Shown piece by piece: positions 9,069 through 19,442 of a DNA stretch of 64,000 bases. This DNA comes from Bacteroidales bacterium (GTDB lineage: Bacteria; Bacteroidota; Bacteroidia; Bacteroidales; JAADJA01). The translations under genes were made by a program, and so were the position numbers. The notes under the pieces were generated by a model. The model had not been told where the DNA came from and made no database searches. It saw only the letters and a list, made by a program, of their open reading frames with translations. Where the stretch lies: the NCBI GenBank assembly GCA_021740645.1, contig JAIOZL010000029.1, positions 1,725 to 65,724 of the forward strand, written 5' to 3'. Position 1 is the stretch's first letter; each line of letters begins with the position of its first letter.

Positions 9069-9833
9069 TTAATTATACCATTTTGAATGTGTGTAAATCG
9101 AGGATTTTGTAAGATGCCTGATCACTTTACTTGAATCCATTGTAATTACATATTTTGACGCTGATTGCTTCAGCAGGCCAAATTTGGAAATAACCGGATT
9201 TAACCATGCCGGGAAATAATTATTAAATTTTACCTCGAGAATAAAATAATTATTTAGCGCAGCTGAAAGGCCATAATTGTTGAATAAATCTTCCAATCTG
9301 GGATAGGCCATACCACGGAGGTTTTTATCAAAGGTAATTCTGACAGTATTATCTAATTTACTAAAAAAAGCTTCCCGCTCGTATACTATTAAAACAACTG
9401 GCCGGAGATTTTTGCTAAACACCTGGTAGAAAAACCGCTTAGAATTCTGGTAGCCCGATATATTGGTTAGCTTATCCACGGCATATCCGTTCAGGTTATG
9501 CTCCTTAAAAATATTTAATGCATTTTCGTAAAGCAATTCGGCCCGGTACTTAACAATGGGAATATCGTATTTACGCTTAATTTCAAGAAATACTTTCTCC
9601 TCTCCCCTATTTTCATCATACCCCCGAAGTCGTACTTTTTTTCGGTTTTTAATACCATCAACCTTCTCATAATAAAAATCATAGGAAGGTGTATCAAAAT
9701 AGATCGAACGAACTGTATATTGATTCCTGCTTCCAGCTTCAGCAAATTTATCCATTTCAAGAAAGGGGATAACAACCTCTCTAAGTGGAGTTAGGTATTT
9801 ATTATGGACGATATATTTATATTCGAAACGCAT
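9069..9833 (-). CDS. VTC-domain (polyphosphate polymerase-like, triphosphate tunnel) protein
   Basis: Starts MRFEYKYIV. Alternating basic/acidic beta-strand pattern (RSIYFDT, KVRLRGY, FLEIKRK, FILEVKF) typical of VTC/CYTH tunnel folds. Confidence 0.65.
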   Translation of the reverse strand: MRFEYKYIVHNKYLTPLREVVIPFLEMDKFAEAGSRNQYTVRSIYFDTPSYDFYYEKVDGIKNRKKVRLRGYDENRGEEKVFLEIKRKYDIPIVKYRAELLYENALNIFKEHNLNGYAVDKLTNISGYQNSKRFFYQVFSKNLRPVVLIVYEREAFFSKLDNTVRITFDKNLRGMAYPRLEDLFNNYGLSAALNNYFILEVKFNNYFPAWLNPVISKFGLLKQSASKYVITMDSSKVIRHLTKSSIYTHSKWYN

Positions 9834-9837
9834 AAAA

Positions 9838-10896
9838 TTATAAGCGGAGTAATATGCTTCTGCTTAAATAATTAAATAAACTAAGTTCATCGCAATAAAC
9901 CGTGCATTCAACAGCCATACCAGGATAGAGTGTAAATTGTCCTCCTTCAATTAAGGCTTTTGCCATCACCAATTGCTGATTCGACAACAAACTAACACTT
10001 TCGTCAATCGAGATGAAGGTCGCAGCAATTTTTTCATCGTGTCCCGGAATTGAAAATTTAATGCTTGAAATTCTATCGAGAAACTGAGCATTATTTACTC
10101 TGACCGGAATTTTTAAAATATATTTCGATGTATCACTAATCGTTATAATTCCATCCTGCATTTTGTTAAAACTAACGATCCCACTAATGGGTGAAATTAT
10201 ATTGTACTTATTTTTAAGCCGTTCAAAAGTTTTTATCTCGCGCTCATACGAATTAATCTTTTGATTGATATATGCGATTTCTTCTTCTTTTGCTCCGGTT
10301 TTTAAAGTGAAAAGTTCACGCTGAGCTATTTCAAGGTTAATTTTAGCAAGCTCATAATTATTTTCAATTTCATCGAACTCAGAAAATGAAATAACACTGT
10401 CAGCAATTAATTTTTGATACCTCTTATATTGCTTCTCCTCCAGACTTTCCTTTTCCTTTGCAAATCTATATCGTTCCTCGGCTTCATCAATAAGTTCCTG
10501 TTTTTCACCTGAGCGTTTCATGGCCAGGTTTCCTTCCTCAACAGCGCGCAGGTTATCCAGTTTTGTAATTTCATTCTCTATAAAAAAGGAATTGATATAT
10601 GCCAAGGTATCTCCTGCTTTCACAAAATCGCCCCCTTTGATTGGCTTTAACTGGTTGATCTCAGAAATATCCCCTCGTTCAAATTTATAGCTTTTTACAT
10701 GGCTCAATACATTTGTTTGGTAATTATGCATTTCGCTTATATAGCTATCATCCTGCCCCCTCTTTAAATTCCATTCCCTGATAGGGAAAATTTTCGAAGT
10801 AGCATCAAAACGGTAATGTGTTTTAATGGGCAAAAACAAGGTAATTACTGCTAAACCCAAAATTATTAAAAGGACATACCTCCTGTTAAATCTCAT
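9838..10896 (-). CDS. HlyD-family membrane-fusion (periplasmic adaptor) protein
   Basis: N-terminal TM anchor, lipoyl-like hairpin (VKAGDTLAYI ... ISPISGIVS) and a long central coiled coil. Confidence 0.55.
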   Translation of the reverse strand: MRFNRRYVLLIILGLAVITLFLPIKTHYRFDATSKIFPIREWNLKRGQDDSYISEMHNYQTNVLSHVKSYKFERGDISEINQLKPIKGGDFVKAGDTLAYINSFFIENEITKLDNLRAVEEGNLAMKRSGEKQELIDEAEERYRFAKEKESLEEKQYKRYQKLIADSVISFSEFDEIENNYELAKINLEIAQRELFTLKTGAKEEEIAYINQKINSYEREIKTFERLKNKYNIISPISGIVSFNKMQDGIITISDTSKYILKIPVRVNNAQFLDRISSIKFSIPGHDEKIAATFISIDESVSLLSNQQLVMAKALIEGGQFTLYPGMAVECTVYCDELSLFNYLSRSILLRL

Positions 10897-10924
10897 AAAT
10901 ATAAATTTCCACTGTGATTGGCCC

Positions 10925-10932
10925 CAAAATTA
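10925..10932 (-). promoter_or_regulatory. Candidate -7 promoter element (TAATTTTG on the minus strand)
   Basis: Matches TAnnTTTG, 29 nt upstream of the HlyD-like start. Confidence 0.35.
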
Positions 10933-11093
10933 GGTATTCCAAATCATCATTCCAAAAGGTTAGATTAATTTATCAACAAAAGGTTGCATTCAACATCGTT
11001 TATATTCAAATTATATATTATGAATTGATTAAGCCACAATTAATATTTAATGAAATGAAATACGATTTTTATTATGAAAGTTCAAAAAATTTG

Positions 11094-11101
11094 TATTTTT
11101 G
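11094..11101 (+). promoter_or_regulatory. Candidate -7 promoter element (TATTTTTG) for tRNA-Ser
   Basis: The TAnnTTTG match ends 6 nt before the first tRNA nucleotide. Confidence 0.45.
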
Positions 11102-11106
11102 CCCCC

Positions 11107-11191
11107 GGAGAGATGGCAGAGTGGTCGATTGCGGCGGTCTTGAAAACCGTTGAGGGTAAAACCTCCGGGGGTTCGAATCCCTCTCTCTCCG
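11107..11191 (+). tRNA. tRNA-Ser (anticodon UGA)
   Basis: Hand-folded cloverleaf. The acceptor stem GGAGAGA pairs with TCTCTCC, followed by discriminator G. The anticodon arm is GCGGT-CTTGAAA-ACCGT. There is a long variable arm and a T-arm GGGGG-TTCGAAT-CCCTC. No CCA is encoded. Confidence 0.9.
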
Positions 11192-11202
11192 CACAAATTT
11201 TT

Positions 11203-11227
11203 CCCCTCGGGCAACCGGGGGGTTTTT
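11203..11227 (+). terminator. Rho-independent terminator after tRNA-Ser
   Basis: The stem is cccctcgg-gcaa-ccgggggg, followed by TTTTT. Confidence 0.7.
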
Positions 11228-11229
11228 AT

Positions 11230-11997
11230 TTATCCGCGCGTAAATACCCAATTATGTCCCTTACTTAGATTTGGATTAAAAACATAACCTTCACTATCGA
11301 AAGCTTTAATATGTTCGGGGTCCGAGATTTTATGATCAATGATAAAACGCGTCATAAGGCCTCTGGCTTTTTTTCCGAGGGTATGTACAAATTTATACGT
11401 TTCTCCCCTGGCTTCCTTGAACTCAGGAGTAATGACCCTAACCTCTTTTAAATACCTATCTACTGCCTTAAAATATTCCTTAGATGAAAGATTAATTATT
11501 ACCCTCTGATCATGTGGTTCAAGGTACTCAAGAACTTGGTTTGCAATACGATCTTCCCAAAAATCATAAAGATTCTTATATTTTCTAAATTTCAAAGCAG
11601 TACTCATCTCCAAACGGTAAGGTAATATGAGGTCTGAGGGTTTCAACAGGCCATATAAACCTGACAATATTAAAAGATGCTGATCAGTATACATCCAGTC
11701 TTCCTTGTTAAGGGTTTCTGCCTGGATGCCATTATACACTTCACCCTTAAAAGTAAGTAAAGTCTGTTTGGCGTTTTGTAGTGTAAAAGGGATGGTCCAT
11801 TCCTGAAACCTTTCAAAATTTAAATTTGCTATTTGTGGGCTTACCTTCATTAATTTAGACAACCTGTTTGCCGAATATTTTTTTAAGACCTGAACCAGAG
11901 TATCTGCTTTATCTAAAAAAACCGGAATACCAGGTTCTGCTATTAATTCCTTCGCTGATAAATCAAGCGTTTTTGCAGGTGATATTAAAATCAGCAT
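11230..11997 (-). CDS. yaaA: Peroxide stress protein YaaA (DUF328)
   Basis: Starts MLILISPAKTLD. 255 aa, with conserved PYRLEM and MTRFI motifs. Confidence 0.85.
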   Translation of the reverse strand: MLILISPAKTLDLSAKELIAEPGIPVFLDKADTLVQVLKKYSANRLSKLMKVSPQIANLNFERFQEWTIPFTLQNAKQTLLTFKGEVYNGIQAETLNKEDWMYTDQHLLILSGLYGLLKPSDLILPYRLEMSTALKFRKYKNLYDFWEDRIANQVLEYLEPHDQRVIINLSSKEYFKAVDRYLKEVRVITPEFKEARGETYKFVHTLGKKARGLMTRFIIDHKISDPEHIKAFDSEGYVFNPNLSKGHNWVFTRG

Positions 11998-12111
11998 AAA
12001 ATATTATAGTTTAAACAATATTTAATAATTAAATTTAGTTTATAAAGTATTAATAACAACACAGAACAGCAATGGAAGGTGGTAGTTTATAAAGCTGCCA
12101 CCTTCCTATTT

Positions 12112-12831
12112 TTATATGGGTAACTTATACAACAGAAATATTGTCGGCTTTTTATTTAAGTCAGGTGGTTTTCTTCCCCAGTCAGAAATCGTTTTTGTTT
12201 TTATGTATTCCAGTTTATCATGAGATAGTAAGGAAGCCACACAAAGGAAAGTAACAGGTTGGCACGACTGGATCAAGGATTCAAACAGTTGATTATTACG
12301 ATATGGTGTTTCCATAAAAATCTGGGTTTGATCATTTTTATAAACAAGATTTTCAAGTTCTTTTATTTTTTGCTGTCTTTCCTTTTTATCAATTGGCAAA
12401 TAAGCATGAAATGAAAAATTTTGGCCGTTAAAGCCACTTGCCATCAAAGCCATGAAAATAGAAGACAGGCCAGGCAGTGGAACCACCCGGATATCCAGTT
12501 GATGAGCTTCAAACACGACTATCGAACCCGGGTCGGCAATACATGGAGTACCTGCTTCAGATATTATTCCCAAATTTTTTCCATTGAGCACTACATCAAG
12601 ATAGCCCCTTATCATTTCAGGAGGTGTATGTTTATTGAGTTCGTAAAATGTTATGGTATTAAAATCCCTGTCAAATCCGGCTTTACGCATAAACCTCCGG
12701 GCCGTTCTCATACTCTCCACAATGAAATGATCGATGTTATACATGATCTTAATATTTTGTAAAGGGATCAATGAAGCATCATTTGTTTCTGCCAAAAATG
12801 AAGGAAATAGGTATATGGTTCCTTTTTTCAT
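12112..12831 (-). CDS. SAM-dependent methyltransferase, tetrapyrrole-methylase (RsmI-like) fold
   Basis: GTIYLFP near the N-terminus and ISEAGTPCIADPG resemble RsmI-type motifs. Confidence 0.6.
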   Translation of the reverse strand: MKKGTIYLFPSFLAETNDASLIPLQNIKIMYNIDHFIVESMRTARRFMRKAGFDRDFNTITFYELNKHTPPEMIRGYLDVVLNGKNLGIISEAGTPCIADPGSIVVFEAHQLDIRVVPLPGLSSIFMALMASGFNGQNFSFHAYLPIDKKERQQKIKELENLVYKNDQTQIFMETPYRNNQLFESLIQSCQPVTFLCVASLLSHDKLEYIKTKTISDWGRKPPDLNKKPTIFLLYKLPI

Positions 12832-12836
12832 TCTAA

Positions 12837-13796
12837 CTACTTTTTTTGAAACCAGGGTAAAGCATCTAAATCTACGTTTCCACCTGAAATAATAATGCCT
12901 ACGCGTTTTGTGGCAAACAAATCATGGTTTTCCAGAACCGCTGCCAAAGGCACCGCAGACGAAGGTTCGATAATTATTTTCATTCGCTCCCATGTTAATT
13001 TCATTGCTTTTATTATAGATTCTTCTTTTACCGTTAGAATAGAATGAACATTATCAATAATAATTGGAAATGTTAACGATCCAAGAGATGTGAGCAAACC
13101 ATCAGCAACAGTATTGGGCTTTAAGGATGGAACAAACGACTTTGAAACAAATGAGCGATATGCATCGTCAGCGCCTTTTGGTTCAGCTGCAATAACCTTC
13201 GTACCCGGTGAAAAGTAGCTTGTTGACAAAGCAGTTCCACTTAACAATCCCCCACCACCTACGGGTGCCATTATTATATTAAGATCCTTGATGGTATTGA
13301 TAAGCTCCAGAGCAGCAGTAGCCTGTCCTGCTATTATTTTATAGTTGTTGTATGGATGTATTTCCAGGGCATTTGTTTTTCTTCGAACATACTCTAAAGT
13401 TTGTTCCCGGGAATCAAGGGTGGGTTTACAAAATGTAATGATTCCGCCATAATGTTTTACTGCCGCTATTTTTACTTTAGAAGAGTTTTCAGGCATAACA
13501 ATATGAGCCTTAATTTTTCTAAGTGAAGCTGCCCTTGCAAGTGCAGCCGCATGATTTCCTGATGAATGGGTACAAACTCCATTTTCAATTTCCTTATAGG
13601 AAAGGGAAAATACTGCATTTACAGCTCCTCGTGATTTAAAGGCCCCTGCTTTTTGTAAATTTTCACATTTGAAAAAAAGCTTACTATTGGTTAATTCGTC
13701 GAGGTTATTAGAACTTAATACTGGGGTGTGGTGAATATATTCGCTAATTCGTTTAGCAGCCTCTAAAATCTTCTCCCCGTTTGGTAATGTATTCAA
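12837..13796 (-). CDS. PLP-dependent threonine/serine ammonia-lyase (racemase-like) family enzyme
   Basis: PLP-lysine motif FFKCENLQKAGAFKSRGA and glycine loop APVGGGGLLSG. Confidence 0.8.
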   Translation of the reverse strand: MNTLPNGEKILEAAKRISEYIHHTPVLSSNNLDELTNSKLFFKCENLQKAGAFKSRGAVNAVFSLSYKEIENGVCTHSSGNHAAALARAASLRKIKAHIVMPENSSKVKIAAVKHYGGIITFCKPTLDSREQTLEYVRRKTNALEIHPYNNYKIIAGQATAALELINTIKDLNIIMAPVGGGGLLSGTALSTSYFSPGTKVIAAEPKGADDAYRSFVSKSFVPSLKPNTVADGLLTSLGSLTFPIIIDNVHSILTVKEESIIKAMKLTWERMKIIIEPSSAVPLAAVLENHDLFATKRVGIIISGGNVDLDALPWFQKK

Positions 13797-13817
13797 TTTA
13801 TCCGTTCTGAAAGTTTA

Positions 13818-14288
13818 TTAATTTAATACTTCTTTGCTCATCCCTTCAGCAATCTTTTCACATGCAGCCTTAAGTATATTATAGGTTTCGTCACACGCTT
13901 CAAGGTTCCTATAAAAAGGGTCAGGAACTGACTCATTAGTATCTGGCTTAATCACATTCATTAAATAATCAACTTTTCTCTTATCATTTTCATTTCTTGC
14001 ATAATAAACTGCATTACGGTAAGCAAGGTTATCCATCACGTATATCTTATCAAAAACATCAAAATCATCTTTGGTAAATAATCTTACTTTTTTGGTAGAA
14101 ATATCTATTCCATTTTTTTTGGCCTGCTGGATAGCACGTTCATCCGGGGATTCATTGATATGATAAGCCTCAAAGCCAGCCGAGTCAACCACGGCTTTAA
14201 TATTTTTTTCTTTAAAGATCAACCGAAGCAAACCTTCAGCCAGGGGAGACCTACACATATTAGCGTGACATAGAAATAATATTTTCAT
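13818..14288 (-). CDS. Low-molecular-weight protein-tyrosine phosphatase
   Basis: CX5R(S) P-loop near the N-terminus (LCHANMCRSP) and a C-terminal DP motif (VPDPF). Confidence 0.85.
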   Translation of the reverse strand: MKILFLCHANMCRSPLAEGLLRLIFKEKNIKAVVDSAGFEAYHINESPDERAIQQAKKNGIDISTKKVRLFTKDDFDVFDKIYVMDNLAYRNAVYYARNENDKRKVDYLMNVIKPDTNESVPDPFYRNLEACDETYNILKAACEKIAEGMSKEVLN

Positions 14289-14400
14289 GTTGGGCGTATT
14301 AAATGATTAACTGAATTAAGAAACCCGCTATTTTTGGGAGTAAATCAATGCGAGCTGTAAATTACAAAAAAAAATCACACAAACCAAATTAAGTTAAAAA

Positions 14401-15840
14401 TTAGAGTGTGATTTTCTTGTCCAGTTCTTCCACGTAATTCCTGAATTGCTTATCCGTCTCAATAAGGTTATTCACCGTCCTGCAAGCATGCAATACAGTA
14501 GCATGGTCCTTATTTCCACAATGTAAGCCAATTGTAGCTAAAGAAGCCTTTGTTAATTTCTTTGAAAAATACATAGCAAGCTGCCGGGCTTGAACAATTT
14601 CTCTTTTCCTTGTTTTTGAATGTATGGCTTCAAGTGGCAGTCCAAAATAATCGCTAACCACTTTTTGAATATAGTCGATAGAAATTTCGCGTGAAGTATT
14701 TTTCACAAACTTATCAATCATTTTCCTGGCCAGGTCGAGGTTAATCGCTTTTTTATTAAGTGACGACTGAGCAAGAATTGAAATAAGAGCACCTTCAAGT
14801 TCCCTGATATTTGTGGTTATACTATAGGCAAGATATTCAATTACATCCTTGGGCATTTCTACGCCGTCTTTATATAATTTCTTTTCAATAATGGCTATCC
14901 GCGTTTCAAGGTCAGGAACCTGCAAATCAGCAGAAAGGCCCCATTTAAATCTTGAAAGTAACCTGGCATTCATACCTTCCATTTCAACCGGTGGTTTATC
15001 GGAAGTAATGATTAATTGTTTGTTGTTTTGATGAAGATGGTTAAATATGTGGAAATAAATTTCCTGCGTTTTTTCCTTTTTAACAAGGAACTGAATATCA
15101 TCAATAATCAGCACATCAATCATCTGATAGAAATGGATGAAATCATTCTGGCTATTATTTTTTACCGCATCAATATACTGATTGGTAAATTGCTCTGAAG
15201 TAACATATAATACAGTTTTCTCGGGATAATTTACTTTAACTTCAAGGCCAATAGCATGAGCGAGGTGAGTTTTTCCCAGCCCAACCTGTGAATAAATCAG
15301 TAAAGGATTGAAGGCTGTTTTACCAGGATTACTAGCCACAGCAAAGCCTGCTGAGCGGGCAAGTCGATTACAATCTCCTTCAATAAAGTTTTCAAATGAA
15401 TAATTTTCGTTTAGCTGGGAATTAACTTTTATTTTCTTTAAGCCTGGAATAATAAATGGGTTTGGAATTTCTTTTGAGGAACCTCTGTTAAGATCAATTG
15501 GCATGTTAACAAGAGGATTTGATGTTGCCTTTTTATGAGAAGTAGGGAAATTGACTGTATAAGGCTGAGAATTACCATTATATGTATTATCCATTATAAT
15601 GCTGTACTCTAATCTGCCTTCGACTCCCAATTCCTTTTTTATAGTTTTTTTTAATAATGTGATATAGTGCTCCTCAAGCCACTCATAAAAAAACTGGCTT
15701 GGAACCATTATAGTAAGCACATTATCTACCAGTTTGACAGGCTTTATTGGCTCAAACCAGGTCTTAAAGCTCTGATGGCTGATATTGTCTTTTATAACGT
15801 TCAGACACTTATCCCAAACTGCTTTGCAATTTTTTTTCAT
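14401..15840 (-). CDS. dnaA: Chromosomal replication initiator protein DnaA
   Basis: Walker A GLGKTHL, a box VII-like region, and a C-terminal DNA-binding domain (ARQLAMYFSKKLT ... DHATVLHA). Confidence 0.95.
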   Translation of the reverse strand: MKKNCKAVWDKCLNVIKDNISHQSFKTWFEPIKPVKLVDNVLTIMVPSQFFYEWLEEHYITLLKKTIKKELGVEGRLEYSIIMDNTYNGNSQPYTVNFPTSHKKATSNPLVNMPIDLNRGSSKEIPNPFIIPGLKKIKVNSQLNENYSFENFIEGDCNRLARSAGFAVASNPGKTAFNPLLIYSQVGLGKTHLAHAIGLEVKVNYPEKTVLYVTSEQFTNQYIDAVKNNSQNDFIHFYQMIDVLIIDDIQFLVKKEKTQEIYFHIFNHLHQNNKQLIITSDKPPVEMEGMNARLLSRFKWGLSADLQVPDLETRIAIIEKKLYKDGVEMPKDVIEYLAYSITTNIRELEGALISILAQSSLNKKAINLDLARKMIDKFVKNTSREISIDYIQKVVSDYFGLPLEAIHSKTRKREIVQARQLAMYFSKKLTKASLATIGLHCGNKDHATVLHACRTVNNLIETDKQFRNYVEELDKKITL

Positions 15841-16048
15841 TCGCTACTTATTGTATTAAAGCAATTTATAAAGACTAAAAAAATTCAAGTTGATTTTTGT
15901 AGATAAACCTACCGATTAACTCCTCAAGTACGATGGAAACCGCAGGCAAAAATCAAACAAAAAAAGTTTAAAAAAAAACTTAAATGCACTTGATTTTTTA
16001 AAAAAAATATCGTATTAAACAACACCTTTGTAAATCTAATAAAATTGC

Positions 16049-16663
16049 TTAGATTGTACGTAAATAATTTATTTTAACCCCATTAATTTTTTGAAACTGA
16101 CTAAACACTTTCTCAGCAGATAACTTCCTAATTTCAAAAGTAAGATTACATTTCATTTCAAAGTTCTGAGATAGTATGTTCAATTGATCATCTTTCACAA
16201 TCTTCATAACTTGATTCATCAATGGGTACTCAAAATCCACAGAATAAATTTCATTCACTGTTTTTTCAACTATCGGAATTTTATTCAAAGCATCTAAGGT
16301 TGCATACTTGTACGCATCAATCAAACCCCTAATCCCTAATTTAGTCCCGCCAAAATATCGAACTACAATTACTAATACATTCGTTAGGTCATGGGATAAA
16401 ATTTGCCCCATAATTGGCCTGCCTGCACTGCCAGATGGCTCACCATCATCATTCATCCTGGAAGCAGATTTATCATAACCAATCATATAGGCATAACAAT
16501 GATGTCTTGCGTCATGATAACTATTTCTGACTTCTTCTAACTTTAGCTTAACTTCTTCTAAACTTTTAACTGGAAAAACAAGAGATATAAACTTGCTTCC
16601 CTTGCTCTTATACAACCCATCAGACTGAACTTCAATTGTTTTGTAAACATCTTCAAACAACAT
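16049..16663 (-). CDS. yigZ: YigZ/IMPACT family protein
   Basis: DDGEPSGSAGRPI motif in a 204-aa protein. Confidence 0.85.
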   Translation of the reverse strand: MLFEDVYKTIEVQSDGLYKSKGSKFISLVFPVKSLEEVKLKLEEVRNSYHDARHHCYAYMIGYDKSASRMNDDGEPSGSAGRPIMGQILSHDLTNVLVIVVRYFGGTKLGIRGLIDAYKYATLDALNKIPIVEKTVNEIYSVDFEYPLMNQVMKIVKDDQLNILSQNFEMKCNLTFEIRKLSAEKVFSQFQKINGVKINYLRTI

Positions 16664-16850
16664 TCAATAAAATATTTCAAGACAATTTTTTCAAAAAACC
16701 GATCGATAAATATATCCATTTTTTACGTCCATTTTATGCTAACACTTATTAATTTGCATAAAAAAAATAATTAAATGGATAAGGCTCTACTAGCAAGCGG
16801 CTTAGTACACTATTTTTTTTTGATGTTTAATTTATAAATAAGGATTGCTA

Positions 16851-16887
16851 TTCAAAAGAAAAGCCTGCATTAAAAATAATAATGCAG
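16851..16887 (-). terminator. Likely terminator of maeB
   Basis: An 8-bp stem (ctgcatta/taatgcag) is followed on the minus strand by GGCTTTTCTTTT. It lies 56 nt past the maeB stop. Confidence 0.5.
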
Positions 16888-16942
16888 ACTTTAAAAGATT
16901 GACAATTCTATTTGTGAATATATTTTAAATACGTCGAATTAC

Positions 16943-19231
16943 CTAAACACCATTTTTACTTCGGGCTTCTACACATTGTGCATCCATTACAGCAATCATC
17001 ACCATATTCACAATTTCGGAAACACTTGCTCCAATTGGAAGAACATGCACTGATTTACTTAATCCATTAATTACAGGCCCGATAACTTCAAATTTACTCA
17101 TGGTCTGAAGCAGCTTATATGAAATATTTCCGGCAGTAAGATATGGAAATATTAAAGCATTGGCCCGCCCCCCGGCAAGTTTGGAGAATGGGAATGTTTC
17201 ATCAATAATTTCTTCATTCAAGGCAACATTTACCTGCATTTCACCATCCACAATTAAATCGGGATAATCCCTGTGAAGAATTCTTACAGCTTCTCTTTGT
17301 TTTTGTGGGATTGCCCCATCATTCGAACCAAAATTTGAATAGGAGACGAAGGCAATACGGGGTTTTACTTTAAATTGTTCGATTGCAAAAGCTGTTTGCA
17401 GTGTAATTTCAACCATTTCCTCCACAGTCGGGTTTTTGTTTACCGTACAATCAGCTAAAAAGTAGGGTCCCTCTTTGGTATTAATGATATACATTCCTGA
17501 AACGACTTTCGCCCCAGGTTTTTTCCCAATAATCTCAAGGGCCGGTTTTAAAGTATCCGGGTAATGTCGTGTCAGTCCGGAGATCATTGCCTCAGCATAA
17601 CCAGTTTCTACAAGCATTGGGCTGAAATAATTTCGATGAAGCATCATATCCTGGGCAGAGGTTAGAGTCACTCCTTTCCGCTGTCTTTTTTTCCAGAAAT
17701 AATCAGCAAACTCCTGCCGCATGGGTTTAACCTTTTTGGATTTGGGATCCATTATCTCCACCCCATCCAGTTCCAGGTCATTGATTTCGATAAGTTCCTT
17801 GATGTACTCTTCATTGCCCAGAAGTATAGGTATTGCAAGTTTTTCATTGCTAACAATCTCTGCTGCTTTAAGCATTTTATAGTTCTCAGCTTCAGCAAAA
17901 ACTACCTTTCGGGGACTTCTTTTTGAAGACATTTTAATCTGTCTGATCAATGGATTACTTATTCCAAGTCGTTTGCCTAACTCATCATTATATTTATTCC
18001 AATCTGTAATGGGTCTGCGTGCTACACCTGATTCCATAGCGGCCTGGGCGACGGCAGGAGCAACATGGGTTATCAGCCTTGGATCTGTAGGTTTAGGGAT
18101 AATATAATCAATCCCGAATTTTAAATTATTTGTATGGAATGCAATATTTACCTCCTCTGGTACTGGCAATTTTGCCAGCTCGGCCAACGCTTTACTGGCG
18201 GCCAGTTTCATTTCATCATTAATAGCAGTAGCCCTGACATCCAAAGCACCCCTAAAAATAAACGGAAAACCAAGTACATTATTTATTTGGTTAGGGTAAT
18301 CAGATCTCCCTGTTGCCATTATAATGTCGTTTCTTACTTTGAAGGCTTCTTCTGGGAGAATTTCAGGAACCGGATTAGCGAGAGCAAAAATAATGGGATC
18401 TTTCGCCATTTTCTTTAACCACTCCTTTTTAAGTGCTCCGGCTACTGATAGGCCCAGGAACATATCTGCACCATCCACTGCTTCTTCAAGTGTCCGGCAC
18501 GATCTAGAGGTAATAAATTGCTTTTTAATTTCGTTTAAGTCCGTCCTATCTTTATGAAGTACGCCCCTACTATCAAGCATAATTACGTTTTCGGGCTTCA
18601 CTCCTAATTTAATATACAATTTAGTACATGAAACTGCAGAGGCGCCCGCACCGTTTACTACAATAACGATATCTTCAATTTTTTTCCCATTAATCTCCAA
18701 GGCATTTAACAATCCGGCAGCCGTTATGATAGCTGTTCCGTGCTGATCATCATGCATAACCGGAATGTCCAGTGCGGCTTTAACCCGGTCTTCCACTTCA
18801 AAACACTCAGGTGCCTTAATATCTTCAAGGTTAATCCCCCCAAAGGTTGGGGCGATAGCAATGATGGTTTCAACGAGTTTGTCCACATTTTTTTCGTTAA
18901 TCTCAATATCGAAAACATCAATATCAGCAAACACTTTAAATAACAAACCTTTACCTTCCATAACGGGTTTGCCTGCTTCCGGGCCTATATCACCCAAACC
19001 CAATACAGCGGTACCATTAGAAATTACAGCTACAAGATTACCCTTCGCTGTATATTTATATACATCATCCAGGTTGTCTTTTATCGCCAGACAGGGATCC
19101 GCAACCCCCGGTGTATAGGCTAATGATAGGTCCCGTTGTGTGGAATAAGGCTTGGTAGGAATCACCTCAATTTTGCCAGGTCTTCCTTGTGAATGATAAT
19201 TAAATGCGTCTTTTCTGAATAGATTATCCAT
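16943..19231 (-). CDS. maeB: NADP-dependent malic enzyme (malic enzyme plus PTA-like domain)
   Basis: 762 aa. N-terminal malic enzyme motifs ([36 protein letters not shown]) and a C-terminal phosphate acetyltransferase-like domain. Confidence 0.95.
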   Translation of the reverse strand: MDNLFRKDAFNYHSQGRPGKIEVIPTKPYSTQRDLSLAYTPGVADPCLAIKDNLDDVYKYTAKGNLVAVISNGTAVLGLGDIGPEAGKPVMEGKGLLFKVFADIDVFDIEINEKNVDKLVETIIAIAPTFGGINLEDIKAPECFEVEDRVKAALDIPVMHDDQHGTAIITAAGLLNALEINGKKIEDIVIVVNGAGASAVSCTKLYIKLGVKPENVIMLDSRGVLHKDRTDLNEIKKQFITSRSCRTLEEAVDGADMFLGLSVAGALKKEWLKKMAKDPIIFALANPVPEILPEEAFKVRNDIIMATGRSDYPNQINNVLGFPFIFRGALDVRATAINDEMKLAASKALAELAKLPVPEEVNIAFHTNNLKFGIDYIIPKPTDPRLITHVAPAVAQAAMESGVARRPITDWNKYNDELGKRLGISNPLIRQIKMSSKRSPRKVVFAEAENYKMLKAAEIVSNEKLAIPILLGNEEYIKELIEINDLELDGVEIMDPKSKKVKPMRQEFADYFWKKRQRKGVTLTSAQDMMLHRNYFSPMLVETGYAEAMISGLTRHYPDTLKPALEIIGKKPGAKVVSGMYIINTKEGPYFLADCTVNKNPTVEEMVEITLQTAFAIEQFKVKPRIAFVSYSNFGSNDGAIPQKQREAVRILHRDYPDLIVDGEMQVNVALNEEIIDETFPFSKLAGGRANALIFPYLTAGNISYKLLQTMSKFEVIGPVINGLSKSVHVLPIGASVSEIVNMVMIAVMDAQCVEARSKNGV

Positions 19232-19271
19232 TTGAATAAATCGTTAAGTTGTGAATTAATTAACAAGTTGG

Positions 19272-19279
19272 CAAATCTA
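19272..19279 (-). promoter_or_regulatory. Candidate -7 promoter element (TAGATTTG on the minus strand)
   Basis: Matches TAnnTTTG, 41 nt upstream of the maeB ATG. Confidence 0.3.
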
Positions 19280-19442
19280 AGAATTTTGACTACTCTAAAA
19301 TCGTTTTTAAAGCAGAATTTTATTAATTCATATTGTTTACAAATAATTTCAAGGCTAACTTTTCAATTCATATAAATTTCTATTTTAGCAGCACAAAAAA
19401 TATCTGGGTATTTAACTTTTTAAAAATCAGTTAATCAGTAGA

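Noticed and set aside
10914-11268. ORFs 10914-11153 and 11074-11268 on the plus strand.
   Set aside because: They overlap the tRNA-Ser gene and its terminator. The second one literally translates the tRNA sequence. They are not coding.
12074-12106. A 9-bp-stem hairpin (ggaaggtgg...ccaccttcc) just past the stop of the methyltransferase gene.
   Set aside because: On the gene's own (minus) strand it is not followed by a U-tract. On the plus strand there is no upstream gene to terminate. It may still act as a weak or factor-dependent terminator, but this is not supportable from sequence alone.
19224-19232. TTATCCATT, a near DnaA box at the maeB/ruvA divergent region.
   Set aside because: It is simply the reverse complement of the maeB start codon region (ATGGATAAT, which encodes M-D-N), and it is a single 7/9 match.
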